From NCBI GenBank assembly GCA_963817895.1, contig CAWFQB010000003.1:160001-224000 (forward strand): a stretch of 64,000 bases of DNA, read 5' to 3'. The first letter of the stretch is position 1, and each line of letters starts with the position of its first letter. The stretch is from an uncultured Chthonomonadaceae bacterium (GTDB lineage: Bacteria > Armatimonadota > Chthonomonadetes > Chthonomonadales > Chthonomonadaceae). Under the pieces are notes generated by a model, which searched no databases, was not told the origin of the DNA, and saw nothing but the letters and a program-made list of their open reading frames with translations. The translations under genes and the position numbers were made by a program. Positions 9,904-20,271 of the stretch are shown here, one piece after another.

Positions 9904-11946
9904 ATGCCAACAAGAACCATCTTTTTTCATATCTCCGGCGCGCAGCAGTCCGTGTTTTACACGCTGTCGGTTGTCGCGCTGGCGGTTTGCGTGTGGGGCG
10001 TATTGCGCCGGATTTTGTTGTGGCGGCAGGGGCAACCTGTTCCTAAAATGCAGGATTGGCCCGCCCGCCTGAAAACGCTGTTCGATCAGGCGGTTGCGCA
10101 CCGGAGGACGCGGCGGCGCAGAGTGGCGGGCTGGTTTCACGCGCTGATTTTCTTTGGCATGGGCGTATTGTTCATCGGCACGAATATCGTCAGCGTGGAA
10201 CACTATGGCGCGTTTTTCTTTGGCGAACACTGGCTGTACCGGGGCTGGTTTTATCTGCTATGCAAACTAACCATGGACGTGTTCGGATTGGGGCTGATTG
10301 TGGGAACGGCTATGGCGCTGATACGGCGGCACAGTCCCCATTCTCCCAATCTGAACCACTCGTGGAAGGACGACGCTTTTCTTCTGCTTCTGCTGGCGGC
10401 AACGATAAGCGGCTTCATGCTGGAAGGGGCGGGACTGGAAGCCGACCCGAAACGCGCTCCGTACATGGCGTTTTCTCCGGTTGGCGCACTTTTCGCCCGC
10501 TCGTACCACGCGCTACACTTCCTCACGCCCGCCAATTACATGCTGCTGTGGTGGCTTCACGCGCCGCTTGTGCTTGGCGTGATTGCCGCGCTTCCGTATG
10601 GACGCTGGCTGCATCTGTTTGTCGCGCCGCTCAGAATCGCGTTTCAGCCCGAACGTCCGATGGGCGCGCTGGAACCGGTGGCGATGGCAAAGGTCGAGGA
10701 GACGGGCCGTATCGGATTGGGCGCGATTGCCGATATGGACCGCTGGATGCTGATGAGTCTGGACGCCTGCATGGAGTGCGGGCGGTGTACGGACGTATGC
10801 CCGGCAAACGCGGTCGGCAAGGAACTCAACCCCAAACAGGTCGTGCTGGATTTGCGCCGATTGATGGGCGAAAAGTCTCCGGCGGCAACCGAAGCGGACG
10901 CGCAGGCGCAGGCAGACGGAGTTCCTATTGTCAACAGCCCGTCAACAGATGTGATTTCGGATGAGTTGCTATGGGCGTGTACCAATTGCCATGCCTGCGT
11001 GCGCGAATGTCCCGCGCTGATTCGGCATGTGGATATTCTGGACGGCATCCGGCGGTTCCGGGTGGCCGAAGGGCGTTTATCGGGAAGCGCGGCGACCATG
11101 CTGCGGCAATTGGGCAGCCGCGAAAACCCATGGGGCCTGCCCGGTTCGCAGCGTCTGGATTGGGCGAAAGACCTGAATATACAAACCGCCTCGCCAACGG
11201 ACGAGCGCGAGGTGTTGCTGTGGGTGGGGTGCGCGGGCGCGTTCGATGCGCGGGCGCAGAAAACCGTTCGCGCCCTTGCGCAACTGTTGCAGCAGGCGGG
11301 CGTCAAGTTTACGGTTCTTGGCCCGAAAGAGCGCTGCAACGGCGACCCGGCGCGGCGAACGGGCGACGAGTTTCTGTTTCAGCAACTTGCCGAAGCGAAT
11401 GTTGCCACGCTGGATGGCATTGCCGCGAAACAGGTAGTCACCTCCTGCCCGCACTGCTTCCACACACTGAAAAACGAGTACCCGCAGTTCGGCGGCAACT
11501 ACGACGTGATGCACCACACGCAGTTTTTGGAGCAGCTTGTCGAGGCCGGACGCCTGAAACTGCCCGCCACTTTCGCGAATACCGTCACGTACCACGACCC
11601 CTGTTTTCTGGCCCGCGTCAACGGCGAAACGTCCGCGCCCCGCAAACTGCTGAACGGCGCGTCCGTGATTCCGCTTGTGGAAATGGAACGGCGGGAAAGC
11701 AAAACCTTCTGCTGCGGCGCGGGCGGCGGGCGCATGTGGATGGAAGAGCCGCCCAATCAGCGTCCGGGCAAAAACCGCGCGGAAGAGATCGTGGCGACGG
11801 GCGCGAAAACGGTTGCCGTCGGCTGTCCCTTTTGCAAAGTGATGGTGGGCGACAGTCTCGCGCAGGTGGCCGGGGAAGCCGCGCCGCCGGTCATGGATGT
11901 GGCCGAAGTGATGCTTGCGGCGATACAGAATCAACCCGTTGTCTAA
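9904..11946 (+). CDS. Membrane Fe-S oxidoreductase (FadF/HdrD-like; NarI-like TM domain, two 4Fe-4S motifs, two CCG domains)
   Basis: N-terminal TM helices with His residues; CMECGRCTDVCP, CTNCHACVRECP, WVGC, CNGD, TSCPHC, YHDPC, CCGAGGG and GCPFC. Confidence 0.88.
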   Translation: MPTRTIFFHISGAQQSVFYTLSVVALAVCVWGVLRRILLWRQGQPVPKMQDWPARLKTLFDQAVAHRRTRRRRVAGWFHALIFFGMGVLFIGTNIVSVEHYGAFFFGEHWLYRGWFYLLCKLTMDVFGLGLIVGTAMALIRRHSPHSPNLNHSWKDDAFLLLLLAATISGFMLEGAGLEADPKRAPYMAFSPVGALFARSYHALHFLTPANYMLLWWLHAPLVLGVIAALPYGRWLHLFVAPLRIAFQPERPMGALEPVAMAKVEETGRIGLGAIADMDRWMLMSLDACMECGRCTDVCPANAVGKELNPKQVVLDLRRLMGEKSPAATEADAQAQADGVPIVNSPSTDVISDELLWACTNCHACVRECPALIRHVDILDGIRRFRVAEGRLSGSAATMLRQLGSRENPWGLPGSQRLDWAKDLNIQTASPTDEREVLLWVGCAGAFDARAQKTVRALAQLLQQAGVKFTVLGPKERCNGDPARRTGDEFLFQQLAEANVATLDGIAAKQVVTSCPHCFHTLKNEYPQFGGNYDVMHHTQFLEQLVEAGRLKLPATFANTVTYHDPCFLARVNGETSAPRKLLNGASVIPLVEMERRESKTFCCGAGGGRMWMEEPPNQRPGKNRAEEIVATGAKTVAVGCPFCKVMVGDSLAQVAGEAAPPVMDVAEVMLAAIQNQPVV

Positions 11947-11982
11947 ACCCTGATGTCTGTCCTTGCAGGAACACAAAGCGCT

Positions 11983-12180
11983 ATGCGAACAGAAGATAAT
12001 CCAATTGCCACTGATAAGCGCGTACTGAATGGTGAACGCATGTTCTGGATTGTGGCCGGGATACTGGGGCTGATCTTCCTGCTGTATTTTATCGGCGCGT
12101 ATCGTTTCTCGGAACCTGCCCGCCGTCAGATGAGGGAGGAACGCTCACGATATTTCGGGCGCGGACTGCAAAGTTTCTGA
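11983..12180 (+). CDS. Small single-TM hypothetical protein
   Basis: MRTEDN...FWIVAGILGLIFLLYFIGAY, 65 aa, directly after the oxidoreductase gene. Confidence 0.4.
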   Translation: MRTEDNPIATDKRVLNGERMFWIVAGILGLIFLLYFIGAYRFSEPARRQMREERSRYFGRGLQSF

Positions 12181-12198
12181 ACCGTCAAATGCCCATCT

Positions 12199-13218
12199 TT
12201 ATATCTTCTGTACCGCAAGCAGTTTGGGCGGTTTGGGCGCGATGCGGATCGGGTTGCGAAGGGGACGGCCATAACCTGCAAAGGTAACGGTCATATCGTC
12301 GCCGTCTTCCAATTTGATGCCGCTGCCGAAACTGAAGCCGCCCGTGCCAAAAAAGTGAACGTGCGCGTCACCGGGCTGTCGGTGCTGGTCGTACTTGAAG
12401 TGGTGATGTTCCAGATTTTCGAGCGTGTGTACCATGTTGTCTTCGCCGCTGACAATATTCTGTGACCAGAGCGTTTGCCCGGCGCGTTCCAGACTTGCCG
12501 TTCCGGGTACATCACCAAAATCACTGCTAAAGTTGTCGCTGATAACCAATTCCGGTCCCAGAGCGCAAGTTCGCAGTTTGGAGGGCGCGAGGTACAGATA
12601 GTTCTTCGCCTCCATTTCGTGATCGGAAAACTCGTTGCCCTGCGCGAACCCGATGCGCCGGGGCGTTCCGCTTGCATCTATAAGGTAAATCCCCGCGATC
12701 TCCGCCTCCTCGCCGCCGTCATCGGCAAAGTCCGGCACATCGAGCGGTTCGCCGTGCGCCCGCAAAATCGCCCCGCTTCCTTTGTAAAACCATTCCGGCT
12801 GCGCCCCGATTTCACCCCCTGCGGGACGCCCGCCTTCCAATCCCCATTCGTATATCCGCATACTGTCCGTGATTGGCGCGGCCTGTCCGGTTTGCGCGGC
12901 GTGCATCGCGTTGCGGTTGTCCGCGCTTTTGCGGTGTGTCAGGCCCGTGCCGCTGACCAGACAGCGGGCGGGTTCCTGCGGATGATCGAAGGCGGGCAGC
13001 AGTTTCCATTCGGATTGTCCCGCGTAAATGGCATCATAATCCAGCCTTGTCTTCGTAACGGCGCGTTCAATGATGGTAACAAGACGTTCGCCCTGATGCA
13101 GCGCGGCAAGGACGCAGGCGTACACTGAAGTATAGCCGTTGAGAAGGCGCAGTTGGCTGCCATCTACCTGCGCGACACGCCTCCCCTGCGCTTCCTGTTG
13201 TAGTTGTGCCAAACGCAT
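12199..13218 (-). CDS. AraD1/GguC-like fumarylacetoacetate-hydrolase-family protein
   Basis: VSGTGLTH, GAQPEWFYKG, DGGEEAEIAGIY, GNEFSDH, NYLYLAPSKLR and EHHHFKY. Confidence 0.8.
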   Translation of the reverse strand: MRLAQLQQEAQGRRVAQVDGSQLRLLNGYTSVYACVLAALHQGERLVTIIERAVTKTRLDYDAIYAGQSEWKLLPAFDHPQEPARCLVSGTGLTHRKSADNRNAMHAAQTGQAAPITDSMRIYEWGLEGGRPAGGEIGAQPEWFYKGSGAILRAHGEPLDVPDFADDGGEEAEIAGIYLIDASGTPRRIGFAQGNEFSDHEMEAKNYLYLAPSKLRTCALGPELVISDNFSSDFGDVPGTASLERAGQTLWSQNIVSGEDNMVHTLENLEHHHFKYDQHRQPGDAHVHFFGTGGFSFGSGIKLEDGDDMTVTFAGYGRPLRNPIRIAPKPPKLLAVQKI

Positions 13219-13329
13219 AGCGCGTATTCTCCTTTTTACATTTCACATTCAAAGCATTTTGCAGGTAAACTATTACTATCACCGACGATAATTTTACCGT
13301 TCCCGAACGCTTTTCAGGAGAACTTACGA

Positions 13330-14733
13330 ATGAAACACGCATTTTTACGTGTCGCCGCTGCCGGACTGCTCTGCTCGGCGGCAGGCGCGAACGTAGCGCA
13401 CGCGGCGCAGGACGACACTACGCCCACCGTCAAAGCCCCTGTGGTCAAAGCGCATTTAGGCAAAGCGCAGACGATCAAGCTGAAACTGGAACCGACCGGC
13501 GCTCCCGCCGGTGTCGGTTATATGCCGGTTGTTCTGGCCCTGAGCGCGGTCAAGCCTGCGACGATTACCAAAGAACCGACGTACAAAGGGACGCCCAAAT
13601 ACGGCGTGATTCATCTTGGCAGCGGCCCCAAAGCCGATATCCCATTCGCCGTAGACATGCCGACCGAGGGCGATTACAAGATTTATGTGGATAAGAACAA
13701 CAACGGCGACCTGACCGACGATGGCGATGGCGCGTGGAGCGCGAAACGCGAAGGACAACGGGCCATGTACGGCCTGAACCATTATGTGCTGCGCGCTTCT
13801 TACGGTACGCCCAAACGGGAAAAGGGTTCCGCGCCGTACGGCGTGGCGATGTACCAGTTTGCCGGTCAGGATCGCGTGATGATGTACCGGGAAGCCGGCG
13901 CGGTCGGCACAATCAAGCTGGATGGCAAGAAGCACAAGGTGGCCCTTGTGGAAAACGACGCCGACGCCCTGTTCGCCAAGCCGATTGACGACGAGGGCAA
14001 GCCCATTGCCGACAAGAAAAAGCCCGCCGAAACCGTGAAAGTGACCCGCCCCGTCTGGCTGTTCATTGACATGAACGATGACGGCAAATTCACCCGCGAT
14101 GAGATGATGGACGCCCGCGCCCCCTTCAAACTCGGCGACGCGGTTTACGAGCCGACCCTCACCGCCAATGGGACGCGGCTGAAATTGAAGCCCACAAACC
14201 GCGTGGCGTATGCGCCCAAACAGCCGGAAGCCCCCAAACTGCTGGCGGTGGGAAGTATGGCGCCCAACTTCACCGCGCAGGCTCCCGACGGGCATACCGT
14301 GCAGTTGTCCGATTACCGGGGCAAAGTAGTGATTCTGGACTTCTGGGCAACATGGTGCGGGCCGTGCCAACTCTCCATGCCGCATATTCAGCAGGTACAC
14401 CAGTTGGTCAAAGACAAGAATGTGGCCGTGCTGGGCTTGTGCGTGTGGGACACCAAAGCCGAATACGACAAGTGGATGCCGCTGCACAAGGAGCAGTACA
14501 CGTTTGAATTCGCCTTTGATCCCGCCGCTACCGACAACGCGAAAAGCATTGCCAGCAGCCTGTACAAAGTGAGCGGAATTCCCACGACGTACATCATTGA
14601 CAAAGACGGCAAAGTGGTAGACGCGATTGTCGGCTACGAAAAGGGCGACAAGCGCGTGGAAGTGGCGCTGAAAAAGACCGGGCTGGATATGGACACCCAA
14701 ACGGCTTCCATCAAAACCGCTTCCAGCAAGTAA
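13330..14733 (+). CDS. Secreted TlpA/ResA-like thiol-disulfide oxidoreductase with a long N-terminal domain
   Basis: Signal peptide (AHA-A) and a C-terminal thioredoxin fold, LDFWATWCGPC...GIPTTYIIDKDG. Confidence 0.85.
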   Translation: MKHAFLRVAAAGLLCSAAGANVAHAAQDDTTPTVKAPVVKAHLGKAQTIKLKLEPTGAPAGVGYMPVVLALSAVKPATITKEPTYKGTPKYGVIHLGSGPKADIPFAVDMPTEGDYKIYVDKNNNGDLTDDGDGAWSAKREGQRAMYGLNHYVLRASYGTPKREKGSAPYGVAMYQFAGQDRVMMYREAGAVGTIKLDGKKHKVALVENDADALFAKPIDDEGKPIADKKKPAETVKVTRPVWLFIDMNDDGKFTRDEMMDARAPFKLGDAVYEPTLTANGTRLKLKPTNRVAYAPKQPEAPKLLAVGSMAPNFTAQAPDGHTVQLSDYRGKVVILDFWATWCGPCQLSMPHIQQVHQLVKDKNVAVLGLCVWDTKAEYDKWMPLHKEQYTFEFAFDPAATDNAKSIASSLYKVSGIPTTYIIDKDGKVVDAIVGYEKGDKRVEVALKKTGLDMDTQTASIKTASSK

Positions 14734-14752
14734 TCCTCCTACGGAATGTGCC

Positions 14753-15061
14753 ATGCCCATTTATGAATTCGTCTGCGCCCAATGTCAGCGCAAATTTCGC
14801 AAACTGGTCGGCGTGGTCGCCAATGAGCGCCCACTGCAATGCCCCCGCTGTCAGTCCCCGGAGGCAAAGCGTCTTATCAGCCGCTTTTCCCGCGTTCGGG
14901 GCGAAGACGCATCGTTCGACGCCCTTGCCGACGAGATGGAGGGCATGGACGAGAACGATCCCAAAGCCATGCGGCGCATGATGCGCGAAATGGGCAAGGA
15001 GATGGGCGAAGACATGGAAGAAGACTTCGAGCAGATGATGGAGGAAGAGGAGAGGGGTTAG
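14753..15061 (+). CDS. FmdB-family zinc ribbon protein
   Basis: MPIYEFVCAQC...CPRC followed by an acidic Met/Glu-rich tail (DENDPKAMRRMMR). Confidence 0.8.
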   Translation: MPIYEFVCAQCQRKFRKLVGVVANERPLQCPRCQSPEAKRLISRFSRVRGEDASFDALADEMEGMDENDPKAMRRMMREMGKEMGEDMEEDFEQMMEEEERG

Positions 15062-15180
15062 TTGTTAGGTTGTAGGTTTTAGTTGTTAGATTCAGGTAGA
15101 CGCAAGAATATCTGTTTGATAGCGCCGTCTTCACTGAAACCTTACACCGCAAGTAAACTAGACGAGCCTGTCTGCTACTC

Positions 15181-16330
15181 TCAAACGGGCCCCGCTTGCA
15201 GAGGGCGAACACGCCCTGTAACTTTACCTGACGCTCTACTTCCCTTACGCATATACGACTCGGCAGGCGCGATTTCCAGCACCAGCCGCTCTACCGCGCG
15301 TCCGTCGCGGCGCAGGATGGCGAGCGGGGTTGTGACGCCGATGCGCTCTTCGGCCAGATGCCGCAGCAGATCATCCACGCTGCCAACGGGCTTGCTGTCC
15401 AGCGCGACAATCACATCGCCTTCGCGCAGCCCCGCCTTTTGCGCGGGGCTGTTCGGCTCAATGGTCTGTACCAGAACGCCACTGTCCACGAGCAGACTGA
15501 ACTGGCGGGTCGCAGCCGGGGCAGTTCCACGTTCATTCCACCCACGCCGATGTAACTGCGCCGAACACGCCCCTCTTTAATCAGTTTCATGGCGACGAAT
15601 TTGGCCGTGTTGATGGCAATGGCGAAACACAATCCCTGCGCGGGCAGAATTGTGGCCGTATTCACCCCAATCACTTCCCCGAACGAGTTTACCAGCGGCC
15701 CGCCCGAATTGCCCGGATTGAGCGCGGCATCCGTTTGAATAATGTTGTCCATCAGTCGCCCCGCATTGCCCCGCAATGACCGCCCCAACGCGCTGACCAC
15801 GCCCGCCGTGACCGTGTACTGGAAGCCGTAGGGGTTGCCAATCGCGATCGCGAGTTGCCCTACCCGCAGAGGCGGATGAGTTGCCCAACCGCGCGGGAAT
15901 CAGGTCGGGCGCGTCAATGCGAATCACGGCTAAATCCGTGTCCGGGTCGTCGCCGATGAGTTCCGCCACGATAATGCCGTCCGTCCGAAAACAAAACTTC
16001 GATTTTCTTCGCCTCATGGACAACATGACTGTTGGTTAAGATGTAGCCGTCCGGCGTGAACACAAACCCGGAACCGCTGCCCTTCACCTCCTGCCCACTA
16101 CGCGGGTCACGCCCATTCCCCCGATGTCCCGGCTGTCTGCCCTGCCGCGCCTGTTGCGTCACCTCAATGAACACAACAGACGGGCTGACCCGCTCCGAAG
16201 CATGAACAACAGCGCGGGAGTAAGCGTCCAGCAATATTCCGTCGTTTACGGCTTCCCCTGCCTGTTCAGGACGCGCGTTTTCAGCCGCCGCGCTGTTATT
16301 TCCACTCAAATATTCCACTGCGCCCTGCAT
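15181..16330 (-). CDS. HtrA/DegP-like trypsin protease with PDZ domain (frameshifted in this sequence)
   Basis: Consecutive frames give [46 protein letters not shown] and [18 protein letters not shown]. Confidence 0.85.
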
Positions 16331-16750
16331 GTTCGCGCTCGCTTTCTTTGGTCGTCACCGACATATCCAATAATTTAGAATTAGGACGAGACGGTACTAA
16401 TATCAGATGCTATATTCACTCATACGCGCAGAACGCAGGGATAAATGCTGCTCCAAAGGTTAGGCATCTTTACGAACGGTACGCGAACAGTTTATTTTGC
16501 AGCGATTAATTCATCGTGTAGGGGCTTGATTCATCAAGCCCGTGCCACAATGTTGAACTTGAAAACTATTTGTCCGTAAGTCTCTTGTTCGCCGCAAACC
16601 CAAAAAGTATTTAGCAGCCGCGCATAAAAATTGCGCGTGGTTGCGCAGGAATCTGCTTCGCAAAGCATAATATAGCCTTAACATCGTGCAGCGTTCTGCT
16701 GTATCGGCGTTAAGGCTTGTTTCTTTCTGTCTTGCGAGGAGAGTGAAACG

Positions 16751-18829
16751 ATGAAAAGCTATGGAATTGAGGCGCTCCGCAATGTCGGGCTATTCGGGCA
16801 TCAGGGGGCGGGCAAAACGTCGCTGGCGGAGGCGTTGCTGTACACCTCTGGCGCCCTCGACCGCCTGGGCCGTTCCGATGATGGGACGGCGACCACCGAC
16901 TTTGACCCGGAAGAACAAAAACGGCGCATCAGCATCAACGTCGCGCTGGCTCCGTGCGAATGGCACAACACGAAAATCAACATCGTGGACGTGCCGGGCT
17001 ATCTGGATTTTGCCTGCGAAGTGAAAAGCGCGCTGTGCGTGGTGGAAGCGGCGATTCTGGTCACGCCCGCGCAGGGGGAACCCGAAGTCGGGTTTGAGAT
17101 CGCGTGGGAACTGGCGTCCGCGCAGAATCTGCCCCGCGCCGTGTTCGTCAACAAAATGGATCGCGAAAACGCCGAATTTGCGCAGGTTCTGCAAGGGCTG
17201 CGGACGCGCTACGGCAACATCATCGCGCCCGTGCAGTTGCCCATCGGCAGCGCGGACAAATTTGTGGGCGTGATTGATCTGGTGGAGATGAAGGCGTTTG
17301 TGGGAACCGGCAAGGACGTCGAGTGTTCCGAAATTCCCGCCGAATGTCTGGAAGAGGCGCGGCGGTATCGCGAACTGCTGGTCGAATCCGCTGCGGAAGG
17401 CGACGACGAACTGATTGAAAAGTTTTTGAACGGCGAAACGCTGACACACGATGAGGTTGTGCGCGGTCTGCACGAGGGCATTGACGCGGGCAAAGTGGTT
17501 CCGGTTTTGTGCGGTTCGGCTTCCCGCGACATCGGCATGACCGACCTGCTGGACATCATCGTTCACGAATTCCCCAACCCCGTCGAAATCGAACACATTC
17601 ACGGTACACACCCGCAGACCGGCAGGGAAGAGACGCGCCACGCTACGGACAAAGACGCCGTATGCGCCCTCGTGTTCAAGACCATTGCCGACCCATTTTT
17701 GGGGACGCTCAACTATTTCCGGGTTATGTCCGGCGTTTTGAAAGGCGGCGCGAACCTGCTCAATTCGAGCCGGGGGCGGGAAGAGCGTATCGGGCAGATT
17801 TACTACGCGCGGGGCAAAAATCAGGAGGTCACGGCGGAAATTCACGCGGGCGACATTGGCGTGACCGCGAAACTGGCGGATACGCGCACGGGCGATACGC
17901 TGTGCGACCCGGCTCGCCCGATTGTCCTTGACGGACTGGAAATTCCCGAACCGCTGTTTGAGCAGGCGGTTGTGGCAAAATCCAAAGTGGATGAGGATAA
18001 AATGGGACCGGCTTTGCAGCGCGTGGCGGTTTCCGATCCCGCGTTTCAGTTCCATCGGGACGTGGAAACCGGACAGACGATTTTATGTGGCGCGGGCGAA
18101 ACCCATCTGGCGATTGTGATCGAGCGGCTGAAAAAGTTCGGTTCCAACGTGGAAGTAGTCGAGCGCAAAGTGCCGTACCGCGAAACCATTGCGGCGAAAG
18201 CGGAGGGGCAGGGGCGGCACAAAAAGCAAACGGGCGGCAGGGGACAGTTCGGCGACTGCTGGATACGCATGGAACCCAATCCGGCAGGCGGTATAGAGTT
18301 TGTAGACGCCATTGTCGGCGGTTCCATTCCGCGCCAGTACATTCCGGCTGTGGAAAAGGGCGTCCGGCAGGCGGCGCAAACGGGTATACAGGCGGGCTAT
18401 CCGACCGTTGATATAAAGATAACGGTGTACGACGGCTCGTACCATGATGTGGATTCGTCGGAAGCGGCATTTATCATGGCGGGTATACAGGCGTTCAACA
18501 GCGTCGCGCTGAAATCCAGCCCGGTTCTGAAAGAGCCGATCATGAATCTGGAAGTGACCATTCCCGACAACATGCTCGGCGGCGTCATGACCGACCTGAC
18601 GGGCAAACGGGGGCGCGTTGTCGGCACCGAAGACATTGGCGGGGGCAAAAAGCGCCTGAAAGCGACCGTGCCGCAGGCCGAAATGCTGCGCTACGCCATT
18701 GACCTGCGCTCCATCACGCGGGGACACGGCACATTCACCGCCTCGCTGTCACACTACGAGGAGGTGCCTTCACATCTGATGGCAGGCATTGTCGCCAGCC
18801 ACAAGAAGGAACACGCCGGGGAACACTAA
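16751..18829 (+). CDS. fusA: Elongation factor G paralog (EF-G2-like, stand-alone)
   Basis: GHQGAGKTS, RRISI, DVPG, NKMD, VPYRETI, HKKQTGGRGQFG and DGSYHDVDSS. It is not preceded by rpsL-rpsG. Confidence 0.88.
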   Translation: MKSYGIEALRNVGLFGHQGAGKTSLAEALLYTSGALDRLGRSDDGTATTDFDPEEQKRRISINVALAPCEWHNTKINIVDVPGYLDFACEVKSALCVVEAAILVTPAQGEPEVGFEIAWELASAQNLPRAVFVNKMDRENAEFAQVLQGLRTRYGNIIAPVQLPIGSADKFVGVIDLVEMKAFVGTGKDVECSEIPAECLEEARRYRELLVESAAEGDDELIEKFLNGETLTHDEVVRGLHEGIDAGKVVPVLCGSASRDIGMTDLLDIIVHEFPNPVEIEHIHGTHPQTGREETRHATDKDAVCALVFKTIADPFLGTLNYFRVMSGVLKGGANLLNSSRGREERIGQIYYARGKNQEVTAEIHAGDIGVTAKLADTRTGDTLCDPARPIVLDGLEIPEPLFEQAVVAKSKVDEDKMGPALQRVAVSDPAFQFHRDVETGQTILCGAGETHLAIVIERLKKFGSNVEVVERKVPYRETIAAKAEGQGRHKKQTGGRGQFGDCWIRMEPNPAGGIEFVDAIVGGSIPRQYIPAVEKGVRQAAQTGIQAGYPTVDIKITVYDGSYHDVDSSEAAFIMAGIQAFNSVALKSSPVLKEPIMNLEVTIPDNMLGGVMTDLTGKRGRVVGTEDIGGGKKRLKATVPQAEMLRYAIDLRSITRGHGTFTASLSHYEEVPSHLMAGIVASHKKEHAGEH

Positions 18830-18989
18830 TATGCGGGACTGAAAGCTGAAAGCAACCCTCATCCTCGCCCCTTCTCCCGGTATTGGGAGAAGGGGGCATT
18901 TTTTATGCTATCATTAAAACCACTATATGCAGGCAACAGTGTCAGGCAGTCGCAGGAAAGCAGAAAACGACAGGCAAAAGGCAGAAAAT

Positions 18990-20006
18990 ATGAGTGACGC
19001 GAATCTGAGTTCCAATATACCCGACATAGACCATGACCGTTTGTTCAAGCTGCTGCTGACGACGTTCTTTGTGGATTTCGTCGCCCTGTTCCTGCCGGAC
19101 GTGAGCGCGAAAATGGATGCGGGCAGCGTGGAGTTCCTCGAACAGGAAGTCTTCACCGACCTTCATTCAGGCGAAAAGCACATCGTAGACATTCTGGTGA
19201 AGGTGAGACTGGCAGGCGAAGAAACGTGTCTGCTGATCCATGTGGAGAACCAAGCGTCCTCCAAAGCGGAGTTCGCGTTGCGCATGTTCACCTACTTTGC
19301 GCGTTTGCACGAGAAGTATGGCTTGCCCATCCTGCCTGTCGCCCTGCTGTCCTTCGACACGCCCCAACGCGCCGAGACGAACAAGTATGTCGTTCAGGTT
19401 CCCGGCCTGCGCGTGCTGGACTTCCGCTTTCGCGCCATTCAACTCAACCGCCTGCCCTGGCGCAGATTTATGCGGCAGGCCAACCCGGTTGCCGTCGCGT
19501 TGATGAGCAAAATGAAGATCGCGCCGAGCGACCAGAAGCGGGTGAAGTTGCAATGCCTGCGCCTGCTGCTCACCTTGCAGCTTGATCCGGCGAAATCGGA
19601 CTTGATTTTCCTGTTTATGGAAACGTACCTGAGATTAAATACAACCGATGAGCAGTGGTATCAACAGCATGTCGCGGAACTAACGACAACGGAAAAGGAG
19701 AAAACCATGGAACTAATGAGCAGTGTGGGCCGCGAAGCCTGGCGCAAAGGCATGGAAGAGGGACGGCAAGTGGGACGTTTACAAGGACAGCAGGAGGGCC
19801 GGCAGGAGGGACGGCAAGAGGGCCGGCAGGAGGGAGTGACGGCGGTAATCTCTCTTTTGTTGCAGCGCAAGTTCGGCTCGGTTCCTCCTGCGTTGCAGCA
19901 GCGTATTCAGACGCTGACGCCTGCCAATGCTGAAGCGTTGGCGGCAGAACTGCTTGGCAACATCACGCTTGCCGATGTGGAGGCCTGGCTGAACCGCGTA
20001 GCCTGA
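18990..20006 (+). CDS. Rpn-family (PD-(D/E)XK) recombination-promoting nuclease / putative transposase with DUF4351-like tail
   Basis: DHDRLFKLLLTTFF, VDILVK...LIHVENQ, RMFTYF, NPVAVALM, QEGR repeats and LQRKFG...WL C-terminus. Confidence 0.85.
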   Translation: MSDANLSSNIPDIDHDRLFKLLLTTFFVDFVALFLPDVSAKMDAGSVEFLEQEVFTDLHSGEKHIVDILVKVRLAGEETCLLIHVENQASSKAEFALRMFTYFARLHEKYGLPILPVALLSFDTPQRAETNKYVVQVPGLRVLDFRFRAIQLNRLPWRRFMRQANPVAVALMSKMKIAPSDQKRVKLQCLRLLLTLQLDPAKSDLIFLFMETYLRLNTTDEQWYQQHVAELTTTEKEKTMELMSSVGREAWRKGMEEGRQVGRLQGQQEGRQEGRQEGRQEGVTAVISLLLQRKFGSVPPALQQRIQTLTPANAEALAAELLGNITLADVEAWLNRVA

Positions 20007-20057
20007 AACCAATCCGGCCCGGGTTGATTAGTAGACCCGCATTGAACATTTAACAAG

Positions 20058-20102
20058 AAGCAGCCCTTTCGACACCGCGTATACGTCGAGAGGGCTGCTT
20101 TT
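20058..20102 (+). terminator. Putative intrinsic terminator
   Basis: aagcagccctttcgac...gtcgagagggctgctt stem followed by a T run. Confidence 0.55.
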
Positions 20103-20103
20103 G

Positions 20104-20271
20104 GTTTCTATTCCCTACGGGAACCTGTCGTCGTGGCTATAAGTTGCCGCTAAATCCGGCATATAAAATGCCGGTTGAGGGAAGAGGTCGGGTTGCAACC
20201 GATGCCCAGGTTGCCGTCCTGCAAGCGAGGCTGCGTTTCAATCCCCTACGGGGAAGAGGTCCGGTTGCAAC
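20104..20271 (-). CRISPR. Orphan degenerate CRISPR mini-array (one intact 37-bp repeat, one 35-bp spacer, one split repeat)
   Basis: 20235-20271 reads GTTGCAACCGGACCTCTTCCCCGTAGGGGATTGAAAC on the minus strand, with the typical ATTGAAAC end. Partial copies lie at 20179-20199 and 20104-20123, an AT-richer leader-like region lies at 20272-20510, and no cas genes are in the window. Confidence 0.7.

Noticed and set aside
19793..19835. 12-bp tandem repeats in the Rpn gene as a separate element
   Set aside because: They encode the QEGR repeats normal for this family.
20200..20234. CRISPR spacer self-targeting wzc (AQVAVLQARL versus AQIAALQARL at 55134-55163)
   Set aside because: Only about 22 of 30 nucleotides match, with scattered mismatches. 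This is best explained as coiled-coil codon coincidence.
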